DNA of 38,076 nt from an uncultured Eubacteriales bacterium. GTDB lineage: Bacteria > Acidobacteriota > Aminicenantia > Aminicenantales > Aminicenantaceae. Below the pieces are notes generated by a model that saw only the letters and a program-made list of their open reading frames with translations, did no database searches and was not told the origin of the DNA. Of this stretch, positions 8,718-17,700 are shown piece after piece (within the stretch, counting starts at the first letter, position 1; the number at the start of each line of letters is the position of its first letter). Location: contig CAZXJE010000003.1 in assembly GCA_964640835.1 (NCBI GenBank), forward strand, positions 1 to 38,076, in the 5' to 3' direction. Made by a program: the position numbers and the translations under genes.

Positions 8718-10120
8718 TTTATTTTAATGTTCAGAACGACTCTCTTTTTAGTGAAATGTCTATTTGCGATCCCGATTATATCTGTAGGGGTTACGGCTAG
8801 ATATTTTTTCAACTCCTCCAGGAAGTTAGTATTTTTTTTTTGTGAGAGATGAAATTCAGCCAAGAGAATTCCTCTATCCGCCAGAGTAGTGAATTGATCC
8901 AGATAATCTCTTTTGAACATATTTTTAGCTTTATTGAGTTCATCTTCCGAAATGAAACCAGACTTTAGCTTATCGACCTCATCAAATATGGATTTTTGGC
9001 TTCGGTCTCGTAATGTTTCAGTGTTGTTCTTGACAAATATTTTAAACGTCGCAAGGTTTTTTTTCATCTCTATTCCTCCGCTTAAATGAGAGGCGATACG
9101 GTCTTCGTAGATCATTCGTTTTTGGAGTCGAGAGCTTTTTCCATGGAGCAAGATGTACTCGATAATGGCAAGAGTGTAGCTGTCGGGTGAATCAGGTGAA
9201 GATATCCTGTATCCGAGGTGAAATCCAGGAGAAGGAGCCAGATAGTCTTCTACATTCCGAATCATCTCTTCGGATATAAAATGTTCTTCTTCCGGGAAGA
9301 AAGGGACAGGCTGCCCAGGACGAATCGTAGAGAAGTATTTTCTCACGAGTTGTATGGCTTTTCTCTTCTCGAAATTCCCTGTAATACAGAGAACGGCATT
9401 GTTCGGTATATAATATTTTGTATAAAAGTCTTGGACATCTTCTGTGGTTATTTTCCGCAGGTCGGTTTCACTGCCCAAAACGGGATGACTGTATGCAATA
9501 TTCGGATAGAGCAGTTGATCGAGAAGAACAGAACTTTCAAAATAAGGATCGTCCAGTTTTCTTTGCTTGAGCTCTTCGATTAAAGAATCCCTGGTCCTTT
9601 TCACTTTGGATGGATGAATATCCAGTGAGATCATCCGGTCAGATTCAAGCCACAAAATAAGCGCAAGTTGGCTGGCAGGGACGGTCTGGAAAAAGATCGT
9701 TTTGTCTTCAGTAGTAGTGGCATTTAAAACTCCACCAATTTTCGAAATGAAGTGAATGTGTTGCATGGACCTTATGTTTCTTGATCCTTGAAACATCAAA
9801 TTTTCGAGCATGTATGCCAGCCCTGTTCTTTTTGGTGGCTCATTAATCGAACCTACATTATATGCCAGTACAACAGAAACGAGCGGCAGGGAATAATCCT
9901 CGGCGAGTATAACTTGAAGACCATTTTCCAATTGTAAAGTTGTTACTTCAAAAGGAAATATCTCATCCTCTTGTACAGGGAAAAGGTTCCCGGCCAAAAA
10001 AATCAGAAAACTCATAAAGAATATTAACGATTTACTTGGCAATAGGCTCATTATCCGTTCTTTACAAAACAAGGGAATTCTAGAGGTTATTATCATAGAA
10101 TAGAATTTAAAAAACTGCAA
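8714..10120 (-). CDS. Secreted M16 family protein, with both zinc-ligand His residues replaced
   Basis: M16 N-terminal motif region reads GLAYMLENLMFQGS (about nt 9800-9814), where the canonical sequence is GxAHxLEHMxFKG. The ORF opens with TTG at 10120. The likely ATG is at 10051 (MSLLPSKSLIFFMSFLIFLAG, a signal peptide). Confidence 0.75.
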   Translation of the reverse strand: MQFFKFYSMIITSRIPLFCKERIMSLLPSKSLIFFMSFLIFLAGNLFPVQEDEIFPFEVTTLQLENGLQVILAEDYSLPLVSVVLAYNVGSINEPPKRTGLAYMLENLMFQGSRNIRSMQHIHFISKIGGVLNATTTEDKTIFFQTVPASQLALILWLESDRMISLDIHPSKVKRTRDSLIEELKQRKLDDPYFESSVLLDQLLYPNIAYSHPVLGSETDLRKITTEDVQDFYTKYYIPNNAVLCITGNFEKRKAIQLVRKYFSTIRPGQPVPFFPEEEHFISEEMIRNVEDYLAPSPGFHLGYRISSPDSPDSYTLAIIEYILLHGKSSRLQKRMIYEDRIASHLSGGIEMKKNLATFKIFVKNNTETLRDRSQKSIFDEVDKLKSGFISEDELNKAKNMFKRDYLDQFTTLADRGILLAEFHLSQKKNTNFLEELKKYLAVTPTDIIGIANRHFTKKRVVLNIKIK

Positions 10121-10125
10121 ACGTA

Positions 10126-11802
10126 TTAGCTGGTGCGCTTGACGATGACAAGAGTCATGTCATCCATCTGTTCGGTTCCAGATGTGTAAGAGTTGACCTC
10201 ATCAAATATTTTTTCAATAAGTTTTTGAGATGAAAGTTTATTGTTCTTTTTCAGGAGTTTACCCAGCCGATCTTCGTTAAATTCCTCATTGGCCTTGTTC
10301 CTGCATTCCGTGAATCCATCCGTGAAGAACAGAGCCATGTCTCCTTTTTCAAGACTTATTGTTCGAACTTCGTAATCGGCAATTGGGAACATACCTAAAC
10401 AGAATCCGCATGTATCCAGACGTATGATATCGCCCTTTTTGTTCAGAAGAATGGGCGGAGTATGGCCTGCGTTGAGATATGAGAATTCTCCAGTATTTTT
10501 GTTAAGTTCTCCATAGAAGAATGTGATAAACACATTGGACGCTGTACTGGAGTGAACGAGAATGTTAAGTTTGGCTGCCATTTCTATAATGTCATATGAA
10601 GGACTGACTTGGGTATGGAGAGAAGCCCGGAGTTGTGCCATGATAAGTGCTGAAGAGACGCCTTTTCCAGAAACATCAGCGATCGTTACGCCTATTCTCT
10701 CATCATCGATGTCGATAAAGTCGTAATAATCCCCGCCAACTTGATAACATGGGATGTTCGCACCGCTGATTTCGAACTGTTTACATTCCGGATTTTCCTT
10801 GGGCAGAAAATCTCGTTGAACTTGAGCAGCCAGTTCAAGTTGCTTTTCCATCTGATCCCTTTCCTTTTCCTGTTCGATGTGCTTGGAGTTTTCGATCTTA
10901 ACGGCAGCAAGGTTTGACAATAATGTGAGCAACTCCAAATCCTCGTCAGAGAACTGCTTCATGAGGGATATTCTGTCGGTATAGATAATTCCGATAATTT
11001 CTTTATTATCATAGAGAGGAACACACATGGCAGATTTAATATTCATTTTAAGGATACTGTCCTGAGCTTTAAAGCGGGAATCCTCTTGAACATCTGAGAT
11101 GAGAAGGGATGAATGTTTATTTATGGCCATATTGATGATGCTTTTACTCACTTGTATTTTCTGATTTTTCAAGCGTTCATTGTTGATTCGGATGACCTTA
11201 GGAATGAGTTGTGAAGGATTGCCCAGTTTAAGCATCAATATCCCTCTGTCCATCGGGAGATTTCCTGAAATGAGGTCCATGATATGTTCAAGAAGCTCGT
11301 TGAGGGGTTTGTGGAGAAGTAAAGCTTTATTGACTTCGTTGATCACCGCGAGAGATCGATGTTCGAGCTTGATCTGCTCGATATCGATGGGTCTGGCTGC
11401 AGCGCGGATGGTTGTGCTGATGTCATGCTTCTTTAGAACATCATCGAGATGCATGATGGTGTTGACGTTTACAGAGGGGGATGGGGCATCGGTGACTTCA
11501 ACATTGGATGAGATCTCTTTATCATATATTACACGAGTTGTCCCGACCAGAATTTCGTCTGCTTTTTTTAGCTCGACTTCAGCTGCAATTCGTTTGCCGT
11601 TCACAAATGTTCCATTTTTGCTATTATTGTTTCTTATCGCATAACCTTGATCAACGGGATAGAAGAATGCATGGCGGCCTGAACAAAAAGGATCTGGGAG
11701 AGGGATTTCATTGTCGGATGACCTTCCAATTGAGACTTTGTCCTGTGGTAAAGGAAACTGGAAGGCATCGCCCTCTTTGGGATAAATGTATAATTTTGGC
11801 AT
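10126..11802 (-). CDS. FHA-GAF-PP2C (SpoIIE/RsbU-type) serine phosphatase
   Basis: FHA motifs (IGRSSDNEIPL...SGRHA...NGTFVNG), a central GAF-like region, and a C-terminal PP2C/SpoIIE domain (GGDYYDF, ADVSGKG, FTDGFTE, DDMTLV). ATG at 11802 with AAGGGG upstream. The ORF extends to a TTG at 11811. Confidence 0.8.
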   Translation of the reverse strand: MPKLYIYPKEGDAFQFPLPQDKVSIGRSSDNEIPLPDPFCSGRHAFFYPVDQGYAIRNNNSKNGTFVNGKRIAAEVELKKADEILVGTTRVIYDKEISSNVEVTDAPSPSVNVNTIMHLDDVLKKHDISTTIRAAARPIDIEQIKLEHRSLAVINEVNKALLLHKPLNELLEHIMDLISGNLPMDRGILMLKLGNPSQLIPKVIRINNERLKNQKIQVSKSIINMAINKHSSLLISDVQEDSRFKAQDSILKMNIKSAMCVPLYDNKEIIGIIYTDRISLMKQFSDEDLELLTLLSNLAAVKIENSKHIEQEKERDQMEKQLELAAQVQRDFLPKENPECKQFEISGANIPCYQVGGDYYDFIDIDDERIGVTIADVSGKGVSSALIMAQLRASLHTQVSPSYDIIEMAAKLNILVHSSTASNVFITFFYGELNKNTGEFSYLNAGHTPPILLNKKGDIIRLDTCGFCLGMFPIADYEVRTISLEKGDMALFFTDGFTECRNKANEEFNEDRLGKLLKKNNKLSSQKLIEKIFDEVNSYTSGTEQMDDMTLVIVKRTS

Positions 11803-11845
11803 TGAGTTCAACCCCTTAAATTATAACCCTTGGAGGGGAAAAATA

Positions 11846-14338
11846 TCAAGAGAATTTGATCTTTTCTAGAGGCTTTATCATTTTTTTACACTTTCTTACT
11901 CTATCCTCGAACGAGATATCATCGATCAAGGGAAAAAGGACTTCTTTGACCTCCTTGTGTAAAATGTTGTCCAGAAGCTCGATGGAATAGTCAATCGATT
12001 TTTTAGTACCCGTACAGATATTCTGGTAGGCTTTGATGATATCATTTGGGGAGTAAATCAAGCTGAGAAGTTCAAATATGTGCTTCAACGATAGAGCGAG
12101 ATTCTTTTCCATATCGCTGACCAGATGTTCTTTCCTTCGGTCTGCCATCAGATCATGCATTTCTAGGAGAACAAAATAACATTTCTTGATGATCTGGATC
12201 GTTTTTCCCAATACGGGTTTTTGAGAAAACTGGATTTGGGGATGTTTTGTCCTCATTTTGTAAAGAGCTTCAATCATCTCTGTTTCGACCTCATTCTCTG
12301 TCTTTTTGAGCTCAGAAGCCAACAAATCCGCAGCCCTCTGTGTACCTACCTGTTTTAAAATATCAGGAATGGCTCTTCTTGTTTGCAAGTTGACATCTGG
12401 ATCCGAAAGATAGTCTTTGAGGATTCCTGTGATTTTATTTCCATATGCGACCAAGGCCTTGCTGGAAATAATCTCTACTCTTGGTGTGGATAGATGGTTG
12501 ATAAGGTGGGGTACGAACTCCCGCCTTTTTAGCCTGCCTGCGCTCTCGATCGCATACCTAAGAACATCGGGCGATTTGTCTTTGAGCAGTTTGTTGAGCT
12601 CGCTTGTGACGGGTGAGCTCGACTCTATCATCCCAAGGACTTTGGCCGCCTCCATCCTGGAAACTTCGCCTTTTTCGCCTTTCTCATCCACAATTTTGTC
12701 AAGCTGCTCTTTCAAGACTTGATGATAGATATCTTGAGACATGATCTCCTTGATTTGTGTGTTGATGTCCTCTTGGTCCAGGGCGTCATCTTCCTTCGGG
12801 AGGAGTAATTCTCCATCCAATTCCAAGAGTGAGTCCATTGCACATGCTTGGACCTGATCGGATTTGTGAGCTATTATGCTGCGCAACTCCGGACTCATTT
12901 TCTCTCTTTTGATAAGATCAAAAAGGTTCATCGCATACAAAACAGAGCTCCGGTCTTTGCTTTGGAGGGTGTCAAAGACAAGCTTTGTCATGTCGATGTC
13001 GACGGTCTCTGAGATGAACTTATCCGCATCTTGCCATTTGATCTTTAGGTTTTTTTTGACACTACCAACATACTCACGGGTGATCCAACGGTTAAGAAAA
13101 ATCCAGAGAAGGGAAAAGCCGATAACGATAAGACTTATATGCTCGAGCGAAAAATCAAGTATGAATATACAGACGATAAGGATGGTTGCCGCTATACCTT
13201 TAGCAAACTTGTTTACAAACATATCGATAAATACTTTAGCCTTGTATTTGATATCAGGTGAGATCGGGATGTACAACAATTCTCGAACCGACTGGTTGAG
13301 GGAATGTGCCAAGCTTTTATCTCCGCCTTTTATTGCTATGGCCCAATAGAGGAGGAATGCGGCTGGGATGAATAATATAGTAATCGAGGCTATCAAGAGG
13401 AACAAGGGGGCGATTGACAGCGCCAAACGCATCCCGAAATTTTTCAAGATCCGGCTTGTGAGAAAAATATGCACGAGGTAGGAGAATACGAGGAGCCCTG
13501 TGAAAAACGTGCCCAAAAACGCAGTCCTTTCGTCTTGGTCAACTAATACCACTTCAACTACAGAATTGAACTGAAAATCAATCAGTGTCGTTATGACAAT
13601 GGCTGTAGTCATGATGGCGCTCAAGATCAGCAGATACCGGTTTTTTTTGATGATACCAAAGCTTTCAAGATAACCGGTCTTGGGCGTCTTCGTTGAAGTA
13701 TTCCCTCTTTTTTTATCATCCAGAGGTTCTATTGTTTGTTTGTGAAGGATGGACACAAAAAGAATGCAGGGGAGGAGCAAAAAGGGGCAGATCAGGAGCA
13801 AATCCGTGGTTCCAAGAACCTGAGCAAGGAATCGGGCGGCCAATGATCCTGCTATGCCGCCTAAAAGTCCTCCACTCACAAGAAATCCGATCAGCCGCTT
13901 TGCCTGTCTGGGATGGTAGATATCATTGACCAAAATCCAGAATTGGGTTACTGTCGTTATAGTAAAAATGTCACACCACACCCAATAGATCATGGACAGC
14001 CAGCTCCATTCCATCTGGAAGAGAAACCAGAAAAGGACGAGGCTAAAAATAAAGAAAATCAAGCTTAGAGATATATACACATTCCTTTTCATTGCGTAGA
14101 TAAATTTTGTGTTGAGAGAAACAACAAAACCAATAAGTATAGCGGTAATAAGATAGGCAAAAGGAAGGAGCTCGGCGTTCAGCGATTCCAAAAAGTTTGA
14201 AATTTTAACGGGTTTTACGATGTATGCAGAGCATGTGATCAAGAAAAAATAGGAAAACATGAGAAGAGCAGTGGGCATCTCTCCATGTTTAATATCAACG
14301 AAGGGGGAGAGAGCTTTATGGATCGTAGTCTTTGTCAT
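11846..14338 (-). CDS. TLC (ATP/ADP translocase, Npt/AAA family)-like transporter fused to C-terminal HEAT repeats, paralogue 1
   Basis: Polytopic N-terminal domain of about 430 aa with the TLC-type motif FWILVNDIYHPRQAKRLIGFLVSGGLLGG. The C-terminal domain of about 380 aa is a soluble helical repeat domain (HEAT/PBS-lyase-like). 830 aa. Confidence 0.7.
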   Translation of the reverse strand: MTKTTIHKALSPFVDIKHGEMPTALLMFSYFFLITCSAYIVKPVKISNFLESLNAELLPFAYLITAILIGFVVSLNTKFIYAMKRNVYISLSLIFFIFSLVLFWFLFQMEWSWLSMIYWVWCDIFTITTVTQFWILVNDIYHPRQAKRLIGFLVSGGLLGGIAGSLAARFLAQVLGTTDLLLICPFLLLPCILFVSILHKQTIEPLDDKKRGNTSTKTPKTGYLESFGIIKKNRYLLILSAIMTTAIVITTLIDFQFNSVVEVVLVDQDERTAFLGTFFTGLLVFSYLVHIFLTSRILKNFGMRLALSIAPLFLLIASITILFIPAAFLLYWAIAIKGGDKSLAHSLNQSVRELLYIPISPDIKYKAKVFIDMFVNKFAKGIAATILIVCIFILDFSLEHISLIVIGFSLLWIFLNRWITREYVGSVKKNLKIKWQDADKFISETVDIDMTKLVFDTLQSKDRSSVLYAMNLFDLIKREKMSPELRSIIAHKSDQVQACAMDSLLELDGELLLPKEDDALDQEDINTQIKEIMSQDIYHQVLKEQLDKIVDEKGEKGEVSRMEAAKVLGMIESSSPVTSELNKLLKDKSPDVLRYAIESAGRLKRREFVPHLINHLSTPRVEIISSKALVAYGNKITGILKDYLSDPDVNLQTRRAIPDILKQVGTQRAADLLASELKKTENEVETEMIEALYKMRTKHPQIQFSQKPVLGKTIQIIKKCYFVLLEMHDLMADRRKEHLVSDMEKNLALSLKHIFELLSLIYSPNDIIKAYQNICTGTKKSIDYSIELLDNILHKEVKEVLFPLIDDISFEDRVRKCKKMIKPLEKIKFS

Positions 14339-14347
14339 ATTCGGCCT

Positions 14348-16840
14348 TTAAAAAAATGGAAAATTCTTCAGAAGGACGCGGCATCTCTTCACTCTTTCCA
14401 TGATGGACAAATCCTCAATGATGGGGAATATGGCATCCTTGATTTCTTTTTGCAAAAGGTTATCGAGAAGCTCGACGGCATAGGCTACCGAATCTTTAGT
14501 GCCGGTTCGAATGTTCTGGTAGGATTTCATGATGTCTTCGTGGGAATAGATCAACCCCAAAAGCTTGAAGATATTGGATAATCGAGTGATTATGTGATTC
14601 GGTATCTTAAATCTTGCGCTGACGTCTTGGCTTTCCTTAGAGTGGCGTTCATAGGCTTCGATCAGGTCTTTATAGTACTCTTTTACTTGTTCGGAGATCT
14701 TGTTCTTGACAGTTCTCTCTTGGAAATAGATATTCGCTCTTGCCGAACGGATGCGGTCCATGGCATCGATGAGCTCACTTTCCATGTTCTCTCTTCGCTC
14801 CTCTAGTTCCAATAAGAGAAAATCAGCCGCTTCTTGATTGCCGATTCGTGCCAGAGATGTAACCACTTCCTTTCTCAGCTCTATATCGATTTCCAAATCC
14901 CCAAGGTAATCTGCAAGAGTTCCGGTGATCTTGGGACCATATTTTTCCAGAGCGCTTCTCGCATCCACCCGAGTCATGGGATTTTCTAATTTTTCGATGA
15001 GCGCGGGCACATACTCTCTCTTTTGCAGCTTCGCCGCACTGGCCATGGCATATCGACTTACTTCTACAGAATCATCATTGAGCAGCTCTTCAAGTTTATC
15101 ACTCATGGGAGACCGAGAATCCGAGAATCCCAAGGCTTTGGCTACTTCCATCCTTGCCGTTTCTGACTCGTTATCTTTATTGACGAGAACCTCTTCTATA
15201 TACTCGCTCATGATCTCATTATAGACATCCAGTGACATGATCTCTTCAATCTCTTTTAGTAGAATTCCTTCATTGACTTGATCTTCAAAATCAGGTGCAA
15301 TTCCCGACTCGGAACCCTCAAACAACATCCCCACAGAAGATAATCTGACCTCATCCTGCTTGTAGCCGATCAGTTTTTTAACTTCGGGTGTGAGCTTATC
15401 TTGCTTGATCAGGTCGAATATATCCATGGCATACAAAATGGAACTCCGATTCTTGTCCTCGATAGTGTCGAGAACAAGCTTCATGAAGTCCACGTCCAGC
15501 TTTTCATCCACGATCCTGTCTGCACGCTTACTCTTTTTTAATTTTCCTTTGATGATATTGGCATACTCCTTGCTCACTCTTAGATTGAGCCCTACCCACA
15601 GGAGGATAAACACTATCGACATAATGCTAACAATCCGAATTCTTAAGATCTGAGCTGTCGGAACCCAAACGAAGATCATGAGTAATAGAGCACCGATGCC
15701 CTTTCCCACCCTGTTGAGAAACATATCGATGAAGATCTTTGCCTTATATTTAACTTCTGGAGATATAGGGATATAAAGCAGCTCTCTCACGGACTGATTC
15801 AGGGAAAAAGAAAGGCTCTTATCACTTCCTTTGATGCTTAATGCGAATAGGATGGTCGGGAAGGCTGCAATTCCGAACGAAAAGAGAAGAAGTATCAAAG
15901 GATAAACAAGGAGAGTTAAGCGGATGCCTAAGCGTTTGATGATATTGCTAGTCATAAGCAGTTGTACGAAGAATGGAACAATGAGCAATGCAGAGTTGAA
16001 ATATCCAAAAAAGGAGATGTAAAACGTCTGTGTAACTTCCCTCTCAATAACGGTATTATACTGAAAATCGACGAAAGTCGACACGATCCATGTGATGGTG
16101 ACGAGGGCGGCAAGGAGTTTCAAATAGTAAGTTTTTCTGACTGTTTTGAAACAGTCTAAAAAACCGACTTTCTCGATCTTTCCAGATTTTTGTACATCAT
16201 CTGTTTCCACCCGAGTAGGGGGGGGACTAGTTTTTTGTCTCCACCTGAATATTGAAGCTGCGACACCTATGTTGAGGATAAGTATTCCACCGGCAATATA
16301 AAGGAGGTAATCGGGAATGTAAGTAGCCAAAACACCGGCTAAAAGCCCTCCCACTATCCCTCCGAGGATGCCACCGCTCACCAAAAAGCCGATTAACCTT
16401 TTTGCTTCTCTGGGATTAAAGACGTCGTTGACTAATATCCAGAACTGAGTCATAAGCACCATAATGAAGACGTTGGCCCATACAAAAAAAACAAGAGGAA
16501 CCCATCCTAGATCTTTTATAAAAAGAATCCCAAAAACAAAACTTGAGAGAATGAAAAAAACAAGACTGGCAATAATGAGAAGAGATCTTGGGATCCGGGC
16601 TTGAATTTTAGAATGAAAGGCGACAACAAAGCCCATAAAAATGGCTGTGATTAGATAGGCAACAGGTAACCATGCAGCTTGATATTCGATAATGTACTTG
16701 GCGTTTCTGACTGATTTGATAATAGTGTAAGGAGCAGATATTAGAAAAAAATTGAAGAACAACAAAAGCGAGATGGTTTCTTCACCTCGCTTAATCTCTA
16801 CAATCCGGGATAGAAGTCGAAACAGGCGATTTTTGGTCAT
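14348..16840 (-). CDS. TLC-like transporter fused to C-terminal HEAT repeats, paralogue 2
   Basis: Same architecture and exactly the same length (830 aa) as the downstream paralogue. Motif FWILVNDVFNPREAKRLIGFLVSGGILGG. A 9-nt gap separates it from paralogue 1. Confidence 0.7.
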   Translation of the reverse strand: MTKNRLFRLLSRIVEIKRGEETISLLLFFNFFLISAPYTIIKSVRNAKYIIEYQAAWLPVAYLITAIFMGFVVAFHSKIQARIPRSLLIIASLVFFILSSFVFGILFIKDLGWVPLVFFVWANVFIMVLMTQFWILVNDVFNPREAKRLIGFLVSGGILGGIVGGLLAGVLATYIPDYLLYIAGGILILNIGVAASIFRWRQKTSPPPTRVETDDVQKSGKIEKVGFLDCFKTVRKTYYLKLLAALVTITWIVSTFVDFQYNTVIEREVTQTFYISFFGYFNSALLIVPFFVQLLMTSNIIKRLGIRLTLLVYPLILLLFSFGIAAFPTILFALSIKGSDKSLSFSLNQSVRELLYIPISPEVKYKAKIFIDMFLNRVGKGIGALLLMIFVWVPTAQILRIRIVSIMSIVFILLWVGLNLRVSKEYANIIKGKLKKSKRADRIVDEKLDVDFMKLVLDTIEDKNRSSILYAMDIFDLIKQDKLTPEVKKLIGYKQDEVRLSSVGMLFEGSESGIAPDFEDQVNEGILLKEIEEIMSLDVYNEIMSEYIEEVLVNKDNESETARMEVAKALGFSDSRSPMSDKLEELLNDDSVEVSRYAMASAAKLQKREYVPALIEKLENPMTRVDARSALEKYGPKITGTLADYLGDLEIDIELRKEVVTSLARIGNQEAADFLLLELEERRENMESELIDAMDRIRSARANIYFQERTVKNKISEQVKEYYKDLIEAYERHSKESQDVSARFKIPNHIITRLSNIFKLLGLIYSHEDIMKSYQNIRTGTKDSVAYAVELLDNLLQKEIKDAIFPIIEDLSIMERVKRCRVLLKNFPFF

Positions 16841-16873
16841 AAAATGACTCAGTTTTCGATAAAATACAGAGGA

Positions 16874-17221
16874 TTACTGCTCTAGAAAGGCCGCCAATGC
16901 GATTTCTTCATTATCATGAATGTCGAGAACTTTTGTAAGCATGGTGACTTGGAAAACAAGGTAGAGCTTCTGAGAAATTTTAGCAATTTTTAATTGTCCG
17001 CCCAGATTGTGAGTGGAAATATAGCTGGCTAATATTTCTCCCACTCCAAAGCTATCGATGAATTCCACCTTGTCAAAATTTAGGAGAATCTTCTTGTTTC
17101 CAGAATCCAGTTGATCTTTTACAAGTTGGTGCAGAGTGACATCGGAAATGTCTGATCTTCTGATTTCGCCTTCAATATCGAATACGATAATATCGCTTTG
17201 TTTTCTTGAATTTATCTTCAT
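16874..17221 (-). CDS. STAS-domain anti-sigma-factor antagonist (SpoIIAA/RsbV-like)
   Basis: 115 aa with a typical STAS layout and the phospho-acceptor context FIDSFGVGEIL (DSxG). First gene of the long minus-strand operon. Confidence 0.85.
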   Translation of the reverse strand: MKINSRKQSDIIVFDIEGEIRRSDISDVTLHQLVKDQLDSGNKKILLNFDKVEFIDSFGVGEILASYISTHNLGGQLKIAKISQKLYLVFQVTMLTKVLDIHDNEEIALAAFLEQ

Positions 17222-17375
17222 TTTTATCCCTTGTCCTTTAAGACCTCAGCGAATCCTGATACCCTTTCCTGCGGATAGTCTGTCTATGCGGTTTTTTTAC
17301 GCGATAGACTTGCTATAACAGATTCTACTTAAGCTTTTACCAGAACGCTATTTCAAAGTCAATCTCTTGCTATGA

Positions 17376-17566
17376 TGAATTATTCATAAAATTTGCTGCC
17401 AAATTTATATTCTAAAAACATTCAATATTTTATTGGCGGCATCTTTTACCCTGCAGGCGAGCCGATCTCACAACAAAGCTTTCGTTGTAGCCCATTTGAG
17501 GTAGTTTACTACATCTTCATGGGCCACTGCCTGGCCTTTGTAGCGATATCAGCTCGTGAATAATTC
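17376..17566 (-). repeat. Copy B (complete) of the structured intergenic element
   Basis: The revcomp aligns base-for-base with copy C over about 125 nt. It is bounded by TGAATTATTCA (17376-17386) and TGAATAATTC (17557-17566). The variable hairpin is GCCGCCAA/TTGGCAGC (plus-strand coordinates 17395-17440), flanked by A- and T-runs. Confidence 0.85.
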
Positions 17567-17575
17567 TTTATCGTC

Positions 17576-17586
17576 TGAATTATTCA
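17576..17586. repeat. Solo copy of the 11-bp palindrome TGAATTATTCA
   Basis: Exact motif, 8-9 nt beyond the end motif of copy B. A similar tandem arrangement, with an 8-nt spacer, is seen at 37938-37967. Confidence 0.6.
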
Positions 17587-17596
17587 TAAATCTCAT

Positions 17597-17625
17597 TTGT
17601 CAATTTGACGATAGAGGAATATAAT
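17597..17625 (+). promoter_or_regulatory. Sigma70-like promoter for the phosphatase/kinase-like cluster
   Basis: TTGTCA (17597-17602), a 17-nt spacer, then a perfect TATAAT (17620-17625). Confidence 0.5.
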
Positions 17626-17700
17626 AAAATTGGAGGAATTGAGAGATGCGATGGATGATCAGTGGGGGAGCGACTCCAACCGATGAAACAAGGGAGTTCA

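Noticed and set aside
17282-17309. Hairpin GTCTATGCG / CGCGATAGAC with a T7 loop in the leader of the STAS operon
   Set aside because: It is a real inverted repeat, but it occurs once, has no flanking U-tract on the relevant strand and no recognisable riboswitch context. The evidence is insufficient for a feature call.
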